Source of the DNA: Catajapyx aquilonaris
Lineage: Eukaryota
Length of the DNA: 64,000 nucleotides
Assembly (NCBI GenBank): GCA_000934665.2
Contig: KZ538120.1
Location: 1 to 64,000 of the forward strand
Direction of reading: 5' to 3'
Positions within the stretch are counted from its first letter, which is position 1; each line of letters opens with the position of its first letter. Below the pieces are notes generated by a model. That model was not told the origin of the DNA and searched no databases. It saw only the letters and a program-made list of their open reading frames with translations. Made by a program: the position numbers and the translations under genes. Shown here piece after piece: positions 13,501-28,500 of this stretch.

Positions 13501-16500
13501 NNNNNNNNNNNNNNNNNNNGGGGGGGGGGGTTACGCATAATTGTGGAACGGGTGGTTGCATAAGCAGACACAGGTTGTGCTCAGGTTCCGGAAACTTCGT
13601 CTGACACGTACCATTTACGTCCTTTCTCAAGGACGTCACAGGCGCAAACTTTTGGGATTCCTTGATCTGAAGGGGGTCACGAAAACGCTTTCGGAGATAT
13701 GTTGAGTAACTGTTTAGAACGGGGTTGGATATCCAGGCTTTTGTCAGCTTAAGTTAATGTGTGTGTACTTCCGTCATCGGTTTAACGGTCTGCCATATTT
13801 GTCATGGAAGGTGTGGCAATATTTTTTTGGTTAATGTCCTGCCAGTTTTGATAATTTGCGCAGAGGAAACACTGTCATGTATATGTATAGTACTGAGATT
13901 TTGCGATTGCTGGCAAAGCCCACCGTTTCAGTGAACGGAAATTAAAATGGGATTTTTGCTTTCGGCGACTGCTCGCTGAACCGACTCTATTTAAAATGAT
14001 TGGTGCGGTCGATATAGGGAAACGTCCTGTGCATATTGAACACCCTTGTTAAAAAGCGCTCCCTTTTCATTTGCAGCAAAACCTTTTGGAACTACCGCCA
14101 CCAAAAGAAAGTGTCGATATTATACCCTGCTGTAGTTTCGCCAAATATCTGCAAAAGAGTATAGCTGTAAATATCTGATCATTTTCGGTAATTGACCTGG
14201 GAAGGTCACATTTTCGTGCATTTTGAGGTGCGCACTATTGGGACATATTCCAAGGCGGTGGGTGTCGGCGGATGAGATGTTGGGATTCCTCCAGAGTTGA
14301 TTATTGGGGAAGGTCACTGTCATCAGTCAGGAGGGCAGTGGATTCCGCCTTGGATTACAGTTCCGGCTTAGCGGAAACTCGGGGAGTTTCTCGTAGGAGA
14401 GTAGGCGAAATAGAGGTCAGTGTTAAGGTTGACGAGTTGGAATCCAGCCCAGGAATAGGAGCCGCAAGTCTTGCCAGGCAATTTTAGATTAGACTAAACG
14501 TCGGGGGAAGGGCTCGATATATGTATAATCTTGCGTCTCACCCGGAAGTTGCTCCCGACTGCTATTCGGATATAGCTGACTCGTGTTTTGGTTTGCAGTG
14601 GGCGACACAAATCACTTTTGTGGGGCGACATAATGGGAGTAGCGGATTTTTCAGGTTCAAAAAATGTGTGTTTTTGCATTCGGAGGCTGCAGGGACCCTA
14701 GCGTCATGGGGTAATTAACTGTCAAGGATGATTAACAAGGGTTAATTTTGTTTCCTATGTGCATCTTGCATTAAAAGGTGTTATTGATGGTACGTGGACG
14801 AGCATTGAACTCGTGTGTAACAAAAGGGATTCAAATAGCAGAGTTGTGAAAGGGTTTGCCATCTGAACCGAGATTCTAATTGCGGGTTAGGTATATGGGG
14901 TGTCATGTGATCTCTGCATGTGTCATATGTGGATCTAAAGGTTTAAGGTCGTGGCTGACGGAACACGTCACATGACTTTTTCATCCCGTTTTGTTGTCAA
15001 TCGCAGACCTCTTCGCCAGCTGTTAAGTGGTTGCAGTTTTATTTAAGACAAGAGAAAAAAAGACCTAGAGGAAGCTGCGAGGACATGATAAGTAAAGTAT
15101 GCGACCATGTGAAGCAGCTGTTATATGGCTTTTATACCCTGATTATCGCAATAAAGCGCGATAGCCATATCTCCAGTCATGTGAAGGTCTTGACAATTAT
15201 ACGTTGCCATTCACAAAAATAGTGCTGGCTCTGCACTTATATGATAAATCAGTAAATGCATAGTTTTAAGTGCGTATGTTTTTGAAAGGCTAATGTTTTT
15301 CAATTCGGAGGTGAACAGATCTGCAGATATTTCCCACATAATTTTGAACGTGAGATGTATGAATGTTATCAGGGTGTAATTACATTTGGGGGACGTCAGT
15401 GAAATTTGAACACTCGTATACTGATATGAAGGCGAGTGCGTTTGACCTTATGATTAGGCTCTAATTTCGCGATGGCAATCACCGGAACGGAGAGAATTTA
15501 GCGCCTAGATAAAACCCAGCACGTGCAACTCCATTTTTTGTTTTGTTTATTTGTTACGTTACACTTGTGGTCACAAACCGGGTCGGAGCATTTAGTTTAC
15601 TTTCCATCCTTTTTGTTTGCTTTACCTTGGACAAGTGTGCGACGTTTATATTTAAAATACGCGAACACCAACCGGCAGTGAACAACAGTATATGAAATTG
15701 TCTGGACTCACTCCAACAGATTCCTTCAGATGAACTGTGACTGAATCCTTCTTGCACTCGCTCCCAAGCAACCATTTTGGATTTTTTTTTAAAAAAAATC
15801 GTGGAAAAAAAAGTCTCCAAATTGTGGTTGGACATTGTGGGACAGTTATCTCCCATGTTGGGTTAACGCCCGGTCGAAACCCGTTTTTTTTTTTCATCAA
15901 CCGCAAAAAAACAGGGACTTTATTGGCCTGTGTGAATGCAATGTATTTGCAGGCGGGAATAAGGAGTAGTAGAACGAGAGAGTTGGCTTGTCTCGCATGG
16001 CTAGCCAGGATAAGGGGGGGATAAAAAATACAAATACGGTTTGGAAAGGGGGGGAGAACAGGTACAGTACCTCAGGTGACTCCAGTTGCTAGATGATTGC
16101 AGAGTGGAACAGGTGATGGTGATAACGGCATCGCAGGGGAGCCTCCATAAGTGAGTGTGAAATCGGGCAACCGATAATGGTGACAGTGCTTTTAATGAAA
16201 AAAAAAAAAAGGTGTCGGTTATTGCTAATGGCGAGTGAAACGGTGTTCCAAGCACGTGTATGTGAAAGTATCCTGCGAAAGTGGCGCCTATCAAATTGCG
16301 ATCATGGAGCCTGGCAGTACACAAAAAAATGGTGAATTAGATGATGCTTCCGAGTATAGAGCCCCTCACATATTGTTCGCGGATTTTTTTTTTTTTGCAC
16401 GAATTAGTCTCAGTGGTCAGGATGGAAAAAGGGGAGCTGGGAATTAGAGTCATTAACCTGGAGGGATGTGGCGTAATAAAATTGCAAAAGGAGGGCTCCC

Positions 16501-19500
16501 AAATTGATGGTGGTGACGTATAGTGTTTGACGACAGTTAATGAAATCGGGCATTGTTTACACGGTAGCGGTTAAATGACAGTTATTCAATGTTGCAAGGA
16601 CATTACCATAAAACTATTCAATAGCAGGTTGTAATTGGCCAATTTGTGAGATTTATTATGCGTCAGGGGGTGATTAGAAAAAAAGGGGGGTTTACGGTGG
16701 ATTAGGACGTGAGATGCGTACAGGTTTGTCACATGTGGAAAATATTTTTGTGCGAAAACCCGAGCAAGTTCATTGTTCCGGTTCGGCCTTCACATTTTGA
16801 ATCCCCGCGTAACTCCTTGAAGCTTCTGCTGGCTAATTGGATGACGTCAGAGGGAATCTGTCGAATTGGTGGGGGTTGCAGCCAGCACGGAAATAGCACT
16901 AGGAATCAGCCTTTTAAAATTTCTTCGGCATACTAAATCGCGCCAAACTCTCTCAATATCCATTACGATTCTTCCAATTGTTTAGAGAAGGGGTTCGTCT
17001 TACAACAACAACAAAAAAAATGTCCGGGCAAAATGGAAGTGTAATGAGGGAGGAGAGGTGGAAAAGTGCCGGTTTCGCAAGTGATTTGAAATTTAAATTG
17101 CGATTTTGGGGCTCCAGGGTCGTATCCGGTCCTTGGAGGAGATGACCCTTGAAAGCACTTTTCGTTTGGCAGTGAAAAATATTTTCCCGTGCACATTCCC
17201 GTTATGCACACACACACTTCTATGCACCTTGTGAGAGTACAGGTTGGATTGTAGTCGGACCGATTGTTTCCACCCATGGCGATCACATTGTTGCGGCGAC
17301 ACGCTTTGCACACGAAAAGTGTGTTTTTTTTCCCCATCAGAAGTAGACAAACCGGTTTACTCGCACTTCAACACTATTTGTAACCAGAAATGAAGGGGGT
17401 GTTGTGTCCGAATTTGCAGACGTGTAATTGCGTGTGCGAAATGTGGCGCTGTGCAAATGATTTTTTTTTTTCTCGTGGTTGGTGGTGGGGGTGGAGAAGA
17501 AGCGGGGGCTGAGGGTTGAGAGAGAGCATCCAGGATCTGACACAGTACACCACAGGAGTTGGGCTAGGTTGAGTGTGAGGACGTGTGTGTGTGTAAGTAA
17601 ATCGGCCGGAGGGGTCATCCACTTTTTTTTAAAAAAATTGGCACGGTTTGGGTCAGAAAAGTGCGCATCCTGCCAAAAGCGATAAGGTAGGCTGAATGGA
17701 CAGTGAGGGGTCGTCACAGGTGGCTGACAGACATGTATTGTGTGCTGGGAGATGACTGGCATTGTTTCTTTCTCAACGCGTGCATGTATGCGGTAAGGTA
17801 CGATCTACGCAATATTATTTTTGGTGTGAAAAATGCAACAGTTGGTGTGGGTTTTTGGTATCAAATAGTAACGCTAGTGGAATGTGATAATCAAAAGCTA
17901 TCTCATGATTGGAAGTGGTACAGGAAGCAGTTCGTCAGCGGGTAATAGTAGGCATTAGAAGTATGAGCTGCAAGGCCACGGCTCGTAATTTCTTACATAA
18001 GATTATAAGCATAATGTGAGCTTCAATTTCTGTAGGTGGTCCACTTGCGGTGCCCTTTTCTCTGCCTTAATACTTCCGCCCGGCTCTCATCAAAGGGACT
18101 CACACATTAGATAGATGTATGTAGTGTGTGGAACCTCAGGTCGTGTCACATATTTTACGGAACGAAAATTCAGGAACTTGTCAGTCAAGTTGCCTGATTT
18201 TTAAGAGGGGAATGATTGGTATTTGGACACTGGAGGATTTTGCGTGCGGCTTGTGGTCACGCGAAGGGCCAGGGTGCCCTCGCTGCTGTTGACCTGATAG
18301 GGTGCAAAGATATATTTTTTTTTGCTCTCATTCAAAAAGTTGTTTACATTTTTCTGAACGGTTCATATATTTTTTGAGGAGGAATCCTCCAAGCAGTGTT
18401 TGATGCGGAGATTATGCCTGGCGATAAAGGTCATCAAACAACCTACTTACAGTGTAAACATAGGCCTTTTGTCTTATCAGCTGTGTGTGTTTACGACACG
18501 AAAATGCCGCGACAAGTACTTTTTGGTGGGGGCCTTTTACTGCTCCAGCCGGATTTAGCCTCCGATCGCGGTTTTTTACGGGGGCACCTTACATAGTGTA
18601 TCACCGAGTTTATACTGAAAATAAATTTCGCAAGTGCTCGCAAATGGTGATTGTCGCATAATGCATTTACATTGGCAGAGGGCTCAAAAATGCCGACCGC
18701 TGAGTTTTCCCCGCATCCGCATCTGCTTCTTGTCCACGAGCTAATTTTATCTCCCAAGCTCTTGATGAACTTATCTTGGAAGATTATTAATGCTTATCTG
18801 TTTTAAATGGCGGAGGTGTTGCTAAACAGCAAACAGAAGCTACCGCGGTGCTCTTTTGTCGCACCTATTGTCAATTTATGGACTGATCTAAAAAAGCATC
18901 CCGGAGGAATTCCTTATGGATAGATGCGTCAATGTCACTTTGTAACTCCTTCGCACCGAAAGGGTGCTTTATACTTGCAAATATTTGCATGCATAAACGA
19001 ATTGATTATTGTCAGCGCATAGGCATGAATCCGTAATGCGAGAATGAGCGTCATCAGTTTTTTTTAATATTATCAGGTTCGAAGGCATTAAAAAGTGAGG
19101 GCCTGTACATGTTCTTTTCCTCGTATTGAAATCGGTTGTCCTCAAGGTTAAAAGCATCTTTTTACGCAGTCCCTTCACGCCAGCTATAATCCTATGCTCG
19201 GCGTGTGCGTTACCGAACGGTTTGGAGGAAATATGCATCAAAAGAAAGCCTTGGGATGATGCAGTCAAGAATGTGTCCTCGTTTGAAGTGCAGTCTTGTC
19301 CCAGAAAAAGGGGGCCGTCTAGAAGTACCTTTTTTTATGGCAGTAAACGATTTTTTTTCAACCCACGGTCTTTTTTTGGGGGAGTAAATGTGAAAAGTCG
19401 CAGCACCCATTTCCAGCCCGGGTGATGGGATTACGAGGCATTTACGGAGAATGGCCCCCCACAAAAGTGGCGATTCAATTAGGTAGATGCACTTCCCAGG

Positions 19501-22500
19501 TTCGCTGCCGTTGGCCTTTCCCGCCAGAGCAGCTGACTTCTGAATTAGAAGGGTCTAGTCTCTAGTGTATTTTATAGGACATTTTAAATGATAGTTTCCT
19601 ATTGATTGATTGTCTTTTTGATGCTCTTTCTAGGAGGATCCGACCAAAGGGGCGGACTTGCAGAGAGGTGGGCCGCGTAGTGTGACAGTGAGGCGTTGTG
19701 AAAATGGTTTTGGATTTACTCTAAGGCACTTTATTGTGTACCCACCTGATACAGAGGATGTAAGTGGATTCTGTTTTGTGGAATTTGGTTGAGATGACTA
19801 ATGTGTGCTAACCCGGCAGATTATTTGTGACCAAGATGGACGGAGCAGCAGGCAGGCCATACTGGAGCCAATGGACACAATTTTTGTCAAGAATATCAGG
19901 GAAAATGGACCGGCACACAAGGCTGGTTTGGCAACAGGTATGGAGCATTTTGCGGAGGCTGCAAGCGTGTGCATGAGTGTGGTTAATAACACAGCATCTT
20001 TTCTGGCAGGCGATCGCATTGTGAACGTGAATGGTGAGTCCATAAGTGGGAAAACGTATGCTCAAGTTGTGCAGCTAATCCAACGCAGTAACAACTTCCT
20101 GAAGCTGCTGGTTGTGCCAAAAGAGGACGATATCCTCCAACTTGTAAGTCGGTGTTTCATTGAAGTTTAAGCTTATCTTTATGAGAACATGACAAACCTT
20201 TGGCAATCACTACTATCTGAGCAATTAGTTAGTAGATTATCTTTGTAAACTCTCGTTGCCTTTACACACTTGCACTTTTGATGCATGTAGGAACTATCAG
20301 TATCTTACAGAAATAAGTTTTGCAGCTTTTATGTGGAATTATAATGGAGTTGCTTAATGAATCAGTCCGGTGCTTTAAAAGGATTCATCCAAGACATGAC
20401 ATCTCAATTGCCTCAATTACTTTAGGTAGGGGAGTTTATATACGGCACTGTTCATCCATACCAGTTAGCTAAAAGTGAAGTTACAAGGACTGAGAGCGTA
20501 TCATGTGATGTAATTATATGTTGCTTTCAAAAAGCTGGCAAGTGCAGGGGGATGTGTAACTGACACTCGAGGGTTGACTAGAGGAATAATGTTTACTGTG
20601 GGTGGCCTGTGCTTTGCGTGACTCCGGTGAAATCAATACCCTTGTGCCTTAGAGCTGCAATGTAATTGTGACTACTTCAATCAGGGTGAGTGACAACACA
20701 AGTTTTATGACAACATAGGGAAACCTGCCGGCAACAGATCCTGAACACAGGGGAAACTTTTTCATTATGACACATTTCAGTCACATACTACAAAAACCTG
20801 CTCAGTCTGCAAAAATTTTAATGGAGCTACTCAATTGTGGACAGGTTTCACTACAATCTGTAATGTGCAAAATTTTAATTATTATTGGACATGAACAGGG
20901 TTACAATTATTGGCAAGAGTAAAAAACTTCACATTTTGTCCCAGAAAGGCTGTAATGACACATTCCAGTTGTACATTAAAAAACAGAATTATTTCATTAC
21001 AAAATATGTAATGAAATGTTACTTGCATCCTCAGGAAGAGATTGTGACTGCTGATGCATAAAGTGTACTGTGCCATGTTTGAGAGTGGTTTGCATTAATT
21101 CTTGCTTGTACTTGAACCTGACAACATGGAGATGTTGTGACTCACCCTATTACGTCTTGTTGTGATATAATTATTATTGCTCAAACCCTCCCCTCCCTTG
21201 CTTCATGCACCCCAGGATCAATGGTTGCACTGACCCTCTTGTTCTTGGTTTAGTATTTTTCAGAAGCAGCACACAATCCACAGACGAACCAGCGCCCTCC
21301 TGCCATGTCTCACATGCAGTTGTCCGGTGGAAATATCACTCCAACCACCACTACCCCAACCACCACCACCATTACTGTTACCAGCCCCAACCAGTTTTCT
21401 CACTTACCTCGTCCCAAGCCCTACCAGCCAGTGCAAGTGAGTGTGAGCGTTCCGCCCTGCACTAGTGAGGAATCTGCTGCCATGGTTCACACCTGGCATC
21501 CCCAGTCCAGGCGCTCAGTTCAGGGTTCGTCTCCAGTGCACAACAGGCGTGGGGGAAGGCGGGTGATGGACGGGGGAATTCCAAAGCAGTCATCACTTCC
21601 AAATAGTGTGGGTTTACATTACAACAGCCTGGATGGGCGGGTACCTGTGGTGAAATATCACAGTGTGGACATGCCCAAGTACAATAGCCTGGAGAACCTG
21701 CATCACGCACAGCAGCAACAGAGCCACCGCAGAGACTCAACATCCTCGCTCCCACTTACACTTGGGATGTGTGATGTGAAGGTAGCTCCAAAGCCAGAAA
21801 CAATTCGGGATGAAGACTCAGAATTGGCAGATTCAGTCTTGACTCGAATCCGCAAGAGCTTTGAGCAGAAGGAGGAGTTCCTGAGACGGCCCAACCATCC
21901 TGTCATCCCTAGGGAATTTTATGCTCAGCCACAAAAGTTTCAGAAGCCCCCATGGCCACCTGAAAACCTGGTCACTTCTGCAACCCGGCCGCTGTCTGTC
22001 GCCAGTGAGACCAAGCCTCCAAAGCAGCAGTTCACAACAACTCTCAGCCGCATCCAGGAGAACATCCCATCCAGCCTGGAGCCTTCCTCACTTCCCGCAT
22101 CCCCTGCTCACCTTATTCTGAACAACAATTCTCTTAGGCCGAGTGAGAAGGAAAGGATGGTGGCTCTACAGATTGTGTCAAGAAGAGCAAGGCAGTTTGA
22201 GACAGGGGAGGTGGATGGAGATGCACTCAACCGAATGAACTTGTACAGGAGTGAATTGTCAAGGCTGTCTGCCAAGAGGAATATACCCAATGTTGCATCT
22301 AGGAAGCACGAATTTGAGATGAAGAGCAAGGATGGTACAGCCGATACATCAGGTGGGTGGCGTAGGTTTAAAATTCTGAGTGCACCACATATATTGGGGA
22401 GAAATGAATGAATGAATTGAAGATGTCAGTTTCCAAAGGACCCAACTCCACAAGGTGAAAGTTTTCAGGAGAGACAAAAAAACTGCATGGATGCTTCATT

Positions 22501-25500
22501 GCTCAATATGGAGTTTCGTGGTTTATGATTCAATTTTAAGGCACATCTGGTCCACTTGGACCCTTCATCTCCACCAGGGCTGTGAGGCCTGACTCCAAGA
22601 GTAGGAATCCACAGTTTTTTGAAAAGTTGTGAATTGAGCCTGTTGGTAACTGAACTCTTCAATTATATTTGTGTGCACTTTGATAATGTTTACTCTAATT
22701 TAGTGGCATGTGATTATACCTAAGTGATGAATGTGTGGTGAGTGATGTCCCAATAGTCAGCTATGCTGGAGTCCTCTAGAACTGGAGTATTTTCAAGTTT
22801 GGACTGATGTCACATATCTTGCTATTGTCATTGCGACTTCCTTAGTATTGGAAGCAATTTTGACATCACTCCAAAGATTCTGAATTATTTCTATTATTAT
22901 GGCCATTTTAGAATCTGGCCCACCCACCCTTGCTCAGAAGTTACATCCCATTTGCCAATATTGGTACAGTACTTCCTCAAAATTGCAAGGCCTTTACAGT
23001 GTAGTGTGAATAAAACTGGTGTAGGTCATCCTCAGGGTGGTGGCACATTTTGTAGTTGCTAATGTTGCTAACATTCACCTTGAAACTGTTGTACAATAGC
23101 AATAATCTTCATTGATCCAAATGTAACGTTAATATTGCATTCATCCATACCATTGTGACATTTTTCTGTAAGGGAGTGATCAGTGATATACTGTAATATG
23201 AGAGACAAGTTAATCAACTCGCAGACTTGCTGAAGGGAAAAACAAAGTGGCACACTTTGTAAAACATTTGCAAAATAGTTACATTTTATGACACAAGTGA
23301 AGAAAATAATTATTAATGAGATAAAACCATCACAGTAATAATCCAATACTTGCAAGGCCAGAAACTGGGCACATCACCAGTCCATAACAAGATGTGTGCA
23401 TTCAATTTCGAGATTAGGAGTTCATTTATGCAACAGCTTCTCAAAGTGGACCACTATCCATGACTACATGATGATGATCAAGCTATTTATTATCATGGAC
23501 AGGGTAGAGCCCATCAGAACCTATGATGCGAAATGCCCTCATGCAATTCTGCTAGTGTCATCGAACCGATGGATGGATGCTACGCTATACCCATATACCT
23601 CCTCCCCAATTTGTCTTGAGAGGTAGAACTTTATCTTGGAGGTGATAACTCAGGATGTTAATCTTCTGCACATAATAAAGCCCTTAGGTGTGATGTTCTA
23701 ATCTACAGTGCACCTGCAATGTAATCTATTGATGAAGTTTACTTACAATTAGGTACAGTGTAGGCATGGGGGTGTGGTGAGTTAGGCCACACCCATGTAA
23801 GTTCTGAGTTTCCAAGTTCAATTTCTTCATGTTGGAAGAGTTTGACGAATGCATGAGGGAAAGAAGTTCTCTTTGTATTTGCATGAGTTTTCCACGGATT
23901 CTCCTATTTTCTCCCACATTCAAAATCCACCATCAATGAGGTTTAATGAGAAAGTCGGGTCTTCAAGTGATGATACCATGAGAGAGGCATGGATAGTGTC
24001 GTGAAATAAGTTACTTAAAGTTACTTAGAGAGTAAAGTTCAAGGTAGTGCCTGCGAGTATGTGGGACTATTTTCTGGTTCTGGCAGTGTGTTTTATTGCG
24101 TAGTTATTATTAATTTTAAAATCCCATAACCATCCTGTGATCCGGGATCATCCTGTGATGCCATATAACATGCCTGTGACAGTAGTGTGATCTGAAGGTA
24201 TTTTCAATGGAGCCAAATGAAAGCTGTTTCATATTGCAATGTTACTACTGCAGTTGGATTAAAATTAAACATCGGGCATAGCTATGTATCTTATATAATT
24301 ATGTAAGGCAGTGTTTGTTTGTTTGTTTGTCCTGTTCCCCGCCCCCTGCACTATATCACTGGGGTACCATAGCAACAGGTTACCCTGCATTCAATTCCCA
24401 TGAGAAGAACGGGTATTTTGCTAGTTCAGTATAAAACTTTTCATCTTGCCGTTATTTGGCCAGGGATACAGGAAGTGCCAAGAGATGAATTTGTGCAATG
24501 CCACAGTTTTAAATTTTCCGATGTCAGTGCAGTGGGAAGAATGGAAGCAAACACTGTCCTTCATTCTTTTCTTGGGTGTCCTATATCCAAGCACCAACAA
24601 TCTCACCTTGTACAAAAAGCACACCAATCCCCACTCCTCCCAGGCCACCTGTCAGTTTAAGCCCTGTAACTTGGCAGCTGGAATACTATCATTACTATTC
24701 TGAAGAAAAGAGAACACCAGTTAGGTTCTTGTAACTAACAATGCCAAGTGATGTTCCCACCAACTTTGTCTTTTATGATGCAAAGGGAGACAATCATGTT
24801 ATATGTGTTCATATGTCATCTTCATGGAACATGTAGAATTTATGGCTGCATTATTTAGTATGATTTTAAAATGGACTGGATTTAATGAAATTTGCTGTTA
24901 ATTTTTAAACACAGGCTCACCGACACGCCCGAATCTCTCTGGCAACCGAACGACCATTCTTAGTACTGGCAAATTGCACTGTGATCCACCCGTTGGGTAC
25001 ATAGACCTGGAAGCAGCAGAGAGGTTGCGGAGACTGGATAGGAGAGCGATACTTGCCCGCCAAGAAGAAGAAGAGGAAGAGGAAGACGAGTCGGAAGATG
25101 ACGTTCCGAAGAGGAACAAGGCTGTGAGGCAGAATTCATACCTTGCCGCCGTAGAAGGATCTGCAAAGGGTGAGCGCATCATTTTGTTTACCATTAATGC
25201 ATATCAGAGCATGTTTGATGGGCTGTAAAACTGGATGTGCTGGTCAAAGAGTGGATCATTGCATTGGAATACTTTGCAATAAATCAGAGTTGCAAAATGC
25301 ATGAGCTATCAAAGAATGTCACAATCAGGTTTGCTGTGAGAATAGGCTACGATTGAAGCTTGCCATTTTGCCATTTTGAAAAATCAGTAAAGTTGCTTGC
25401 TTACTTAGCGACTCACAGATGGGTCGCTTTCGTCGAAGATTTTGAAGAAACTGTTAGTAATTGTTTGCTTATTGATTTACTGTTGTATTTCGGGAATGTC

Positions 25501-28500
25501 CTATTAGAGAAGAGTGGGAGGGGGAGTGAGAAATTCCACCGTCCTCTTGTCAAATCCTGACGTCAACTAGGAGGGAAGGTTTATTTTAACCTGCTTATTC
25601 TGGCTCAGGATCAAGTTTCGGGAGGGGTGTAGAAAGACTAAAGATGCGGGTACGGAAACCTTTGTCTCCATTTTCTTTTCAGGAGATTTCCCCCCAAACA
25701 TTCCTAGAATAACAAGTTCAAAGATTCCTCTCTCCCGAAACCTTGTTCTAGAAACCGGGACAGGAAGAGAAATGCCAAACTAGAGTCTCGAAGGATGTTG
25801 TCCACTCACAGAAATTTACGACCAATCCATGCTTTTTTTGAAATAAAAAAAAATTAGGTGTCGCCCAGTTTTATTTGCCTACAGCCTTCAAAATGAAGCG
25901 AAAGGTGTGAATACCGCCATATCTCATCAGTAGCCCCCCATAAATTGGCACCTGATTCCCTAGGTGCGATTGAAAGAAAATTACCATCCGGAATAATCCC
26001 CCCATTTGGATTTATGCGGTCCAAACACGCCATTTGTAGTCCTCATCCTGGGGTTGTAAAAGTCAACCGGGCGCGAAGGTGATGCATTCGGGAAACCGGT
26101 CGCGTTAATAATTTTCAGGCCCCCTTCGAGTATGGTAATAACCTCCCCATGCCAGATGTCACCTGACTGATTTGGAAGATGCATGAGATGTTCGATGTAT
26201 ACGGAAAAGTGTACGAGGCGGAAGGACTTCAGCAGGTGACGATTGGTTTTGGTCGAAAAAGGGCGGAGCGAAGGTTGAATTCTCAGGCGTGGTCGCGGTG
26301 TGCGAAGGTTCTGGTCGCTAATTAACTGTTATCATTGCGAAGGAAAAGGGCCAATAGTGGTGGAGGAATTTCCTCGGGTATATCACATGGTTCGAGGTGT
26401 TCCGTGGACGTCAGAGTCTGCCTTTTTTACACGGTGGCTATTCTTGGCAATGGCCGACTCCATCACCTACTGTGCAGATCCAATATGGTGATGGTACCTG
26501 ATGTCGCCTTGTGATTTGGTAGGGTCATTAGAAGGAATTAAATGGTTTCATTAATTAATTCAGGTCCAGCCAGAGTTGCATCAACGAAAATGAATGAAAA
26601 ATCACCAATTATGTACATAAATGTTAATTAGGAGCTTTCTTAATTGGCCACACAGAAGCATGTCGTTAGCCATACCGCATCGTGGCCTCCAACAGCTGGG
26701 GTCGTAGGACGAAGGGCGATTCGCAATTCATCACTTGGGACACCGCATTGTAAAGCATGCGGAAACGGCATTTGCGAAGCGATTGTTGCTACTCAGTCGT
26801 AAATAACTCCGTGGGAGGTGCAGAGAAATTGAGGGCACGTTTTGCATAGCGTAACCAAACAGGGGGAAGAATCATTGCATACTGATGTGGAAGAGTCTGA
26901 CGTACAGTACGGCGTGTGTGGGCATCATCGGCGGAATAGAGTTCTTTCCGGTGCTGGGTATAGGTGGCCCTGGTGTGCGTGTTTGTGAGACCTTGGCTGG
27001 TTGGAAGGAAAGGATCAGACAGAGTGGCGCAGAAGGTGAGCTTGACAGACACCGCAGGAGCAAAGTGCAATCACTCTCTGGCCGGCCTAATTTGGCGACA
27101 CCGTCCAGGCGAGGCAAGGACCTTTTTCTGCGAGAGGCATATGTCAGCCGAGTGCAGTTGATTGTACGGTGTCGCGCAGGAATGGACTTGGGTGCCCTCC
27201 GTGACTCGCAATTATGGTTTTGTTCGGACCGCTGCTGCTCGCTGGATTTTCGGGAAATGGAGTTACCGGTGCGTTTAGGACACTTTTCTTTTCGTTCATA
27301 ATGTGTGTGAATTTGTTTGCTGACTTTCATTATAATTGGTTGACGTTATTAGCGAAGGAACGGGGCAAAGTTACAGCATTAATTGAACTTGTGCATATTA
27401 ATATGAAAGCCATTGTGAAGAACAACCCAAGAGCTACCACATGCATTTTATTCGTGGATCATTAGGCAAAGTTCAAGTTTTGAAAATCCACTGGTATTTA
27501 ATTAATTTAAAAAAAATATTACAGGGTGACTCGAAAGTCTGGACACATAGGTAATACTATTGTATTGTTGGTTGCCACGATAACAATTGTCAACCAACAA
27601 TACAATTACCTACGTGCCCAGACTTGAAGGTCACCCTGTGTAAAAGTAACACAAGCTACATAATGAGCCCAGAACTGAGTGATTGAAGAACACGTTTTCC
27701 TGATTCTGCAGTGTTATGATTAGTTTGCTAATATCGTGACAGCTGTCACTGGGCAAATTTAACGCTGATTAACTACTCAGGAAGGACATCGACAACTGAG
27801 AGTCGGCCTTTGAAAAACTGGTTGCAAACCGTCAAGTAAACATGCAGGGTAGTAGAAACTGGGAAGGACTTAGTTTTTACGCGGTGTACAGATGAAGGGA
27901 ATTGACAATGTCATGAGTGATTCCGCATTCAAAGAGTGAATCAGGTTTCTTCTCGTTGAAATGTATATCTACTGATTGTAAAGATTACGTCTACTCACTC
28001 CCCACTCCCTTGTCCAGATATCTTGAACGACACTAATTTAGGTCCACTATTTGATCACATGTCCTTTTGGTTGACAGGGTGCTCTGGCTCAGAGTGACAA
28101 ACATCAGCCATTTCATGTTGAGGATCGTAAATCCTGCCATTTTTATGCTTGCTGTACATGAATTGTGCACGATCCTGCTTGCACAAGCATTGGCCCTCTG
28201 TATTCACGTAGACCACTTTTGTTTGGGGTAGTTGGCCACCATTTTTTGATAGTTGTTTTCCGGCACGGTCTTTTTTTTTTTGTGGCTCTGTTGTTTCTTT
28301 TCTCCCTGTCCACCTTTTATTATTTTTGTTTTGGTTCCCAATTTTTGTTGCACCAGCATCAGCCAGCGGCTTCCTGCATGTCGGAGGTCCTAACAACAAG
28401 GAATTGGGCACTTCCTCACGCCCTGCCCGCCCCACGCAGCTGCCCATCCGCAACCCAATCAGACCCGCGAACCCCCTCGAACCCACCACCCCTCTGACCC

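Noticed and set aside
13166..13639. ORFs spanning the N run, and the apparent poly-C/poly-G inverted repeat
   Set aside because: Artefacts of the assembly gap. The homopolymers probably caused the gap.
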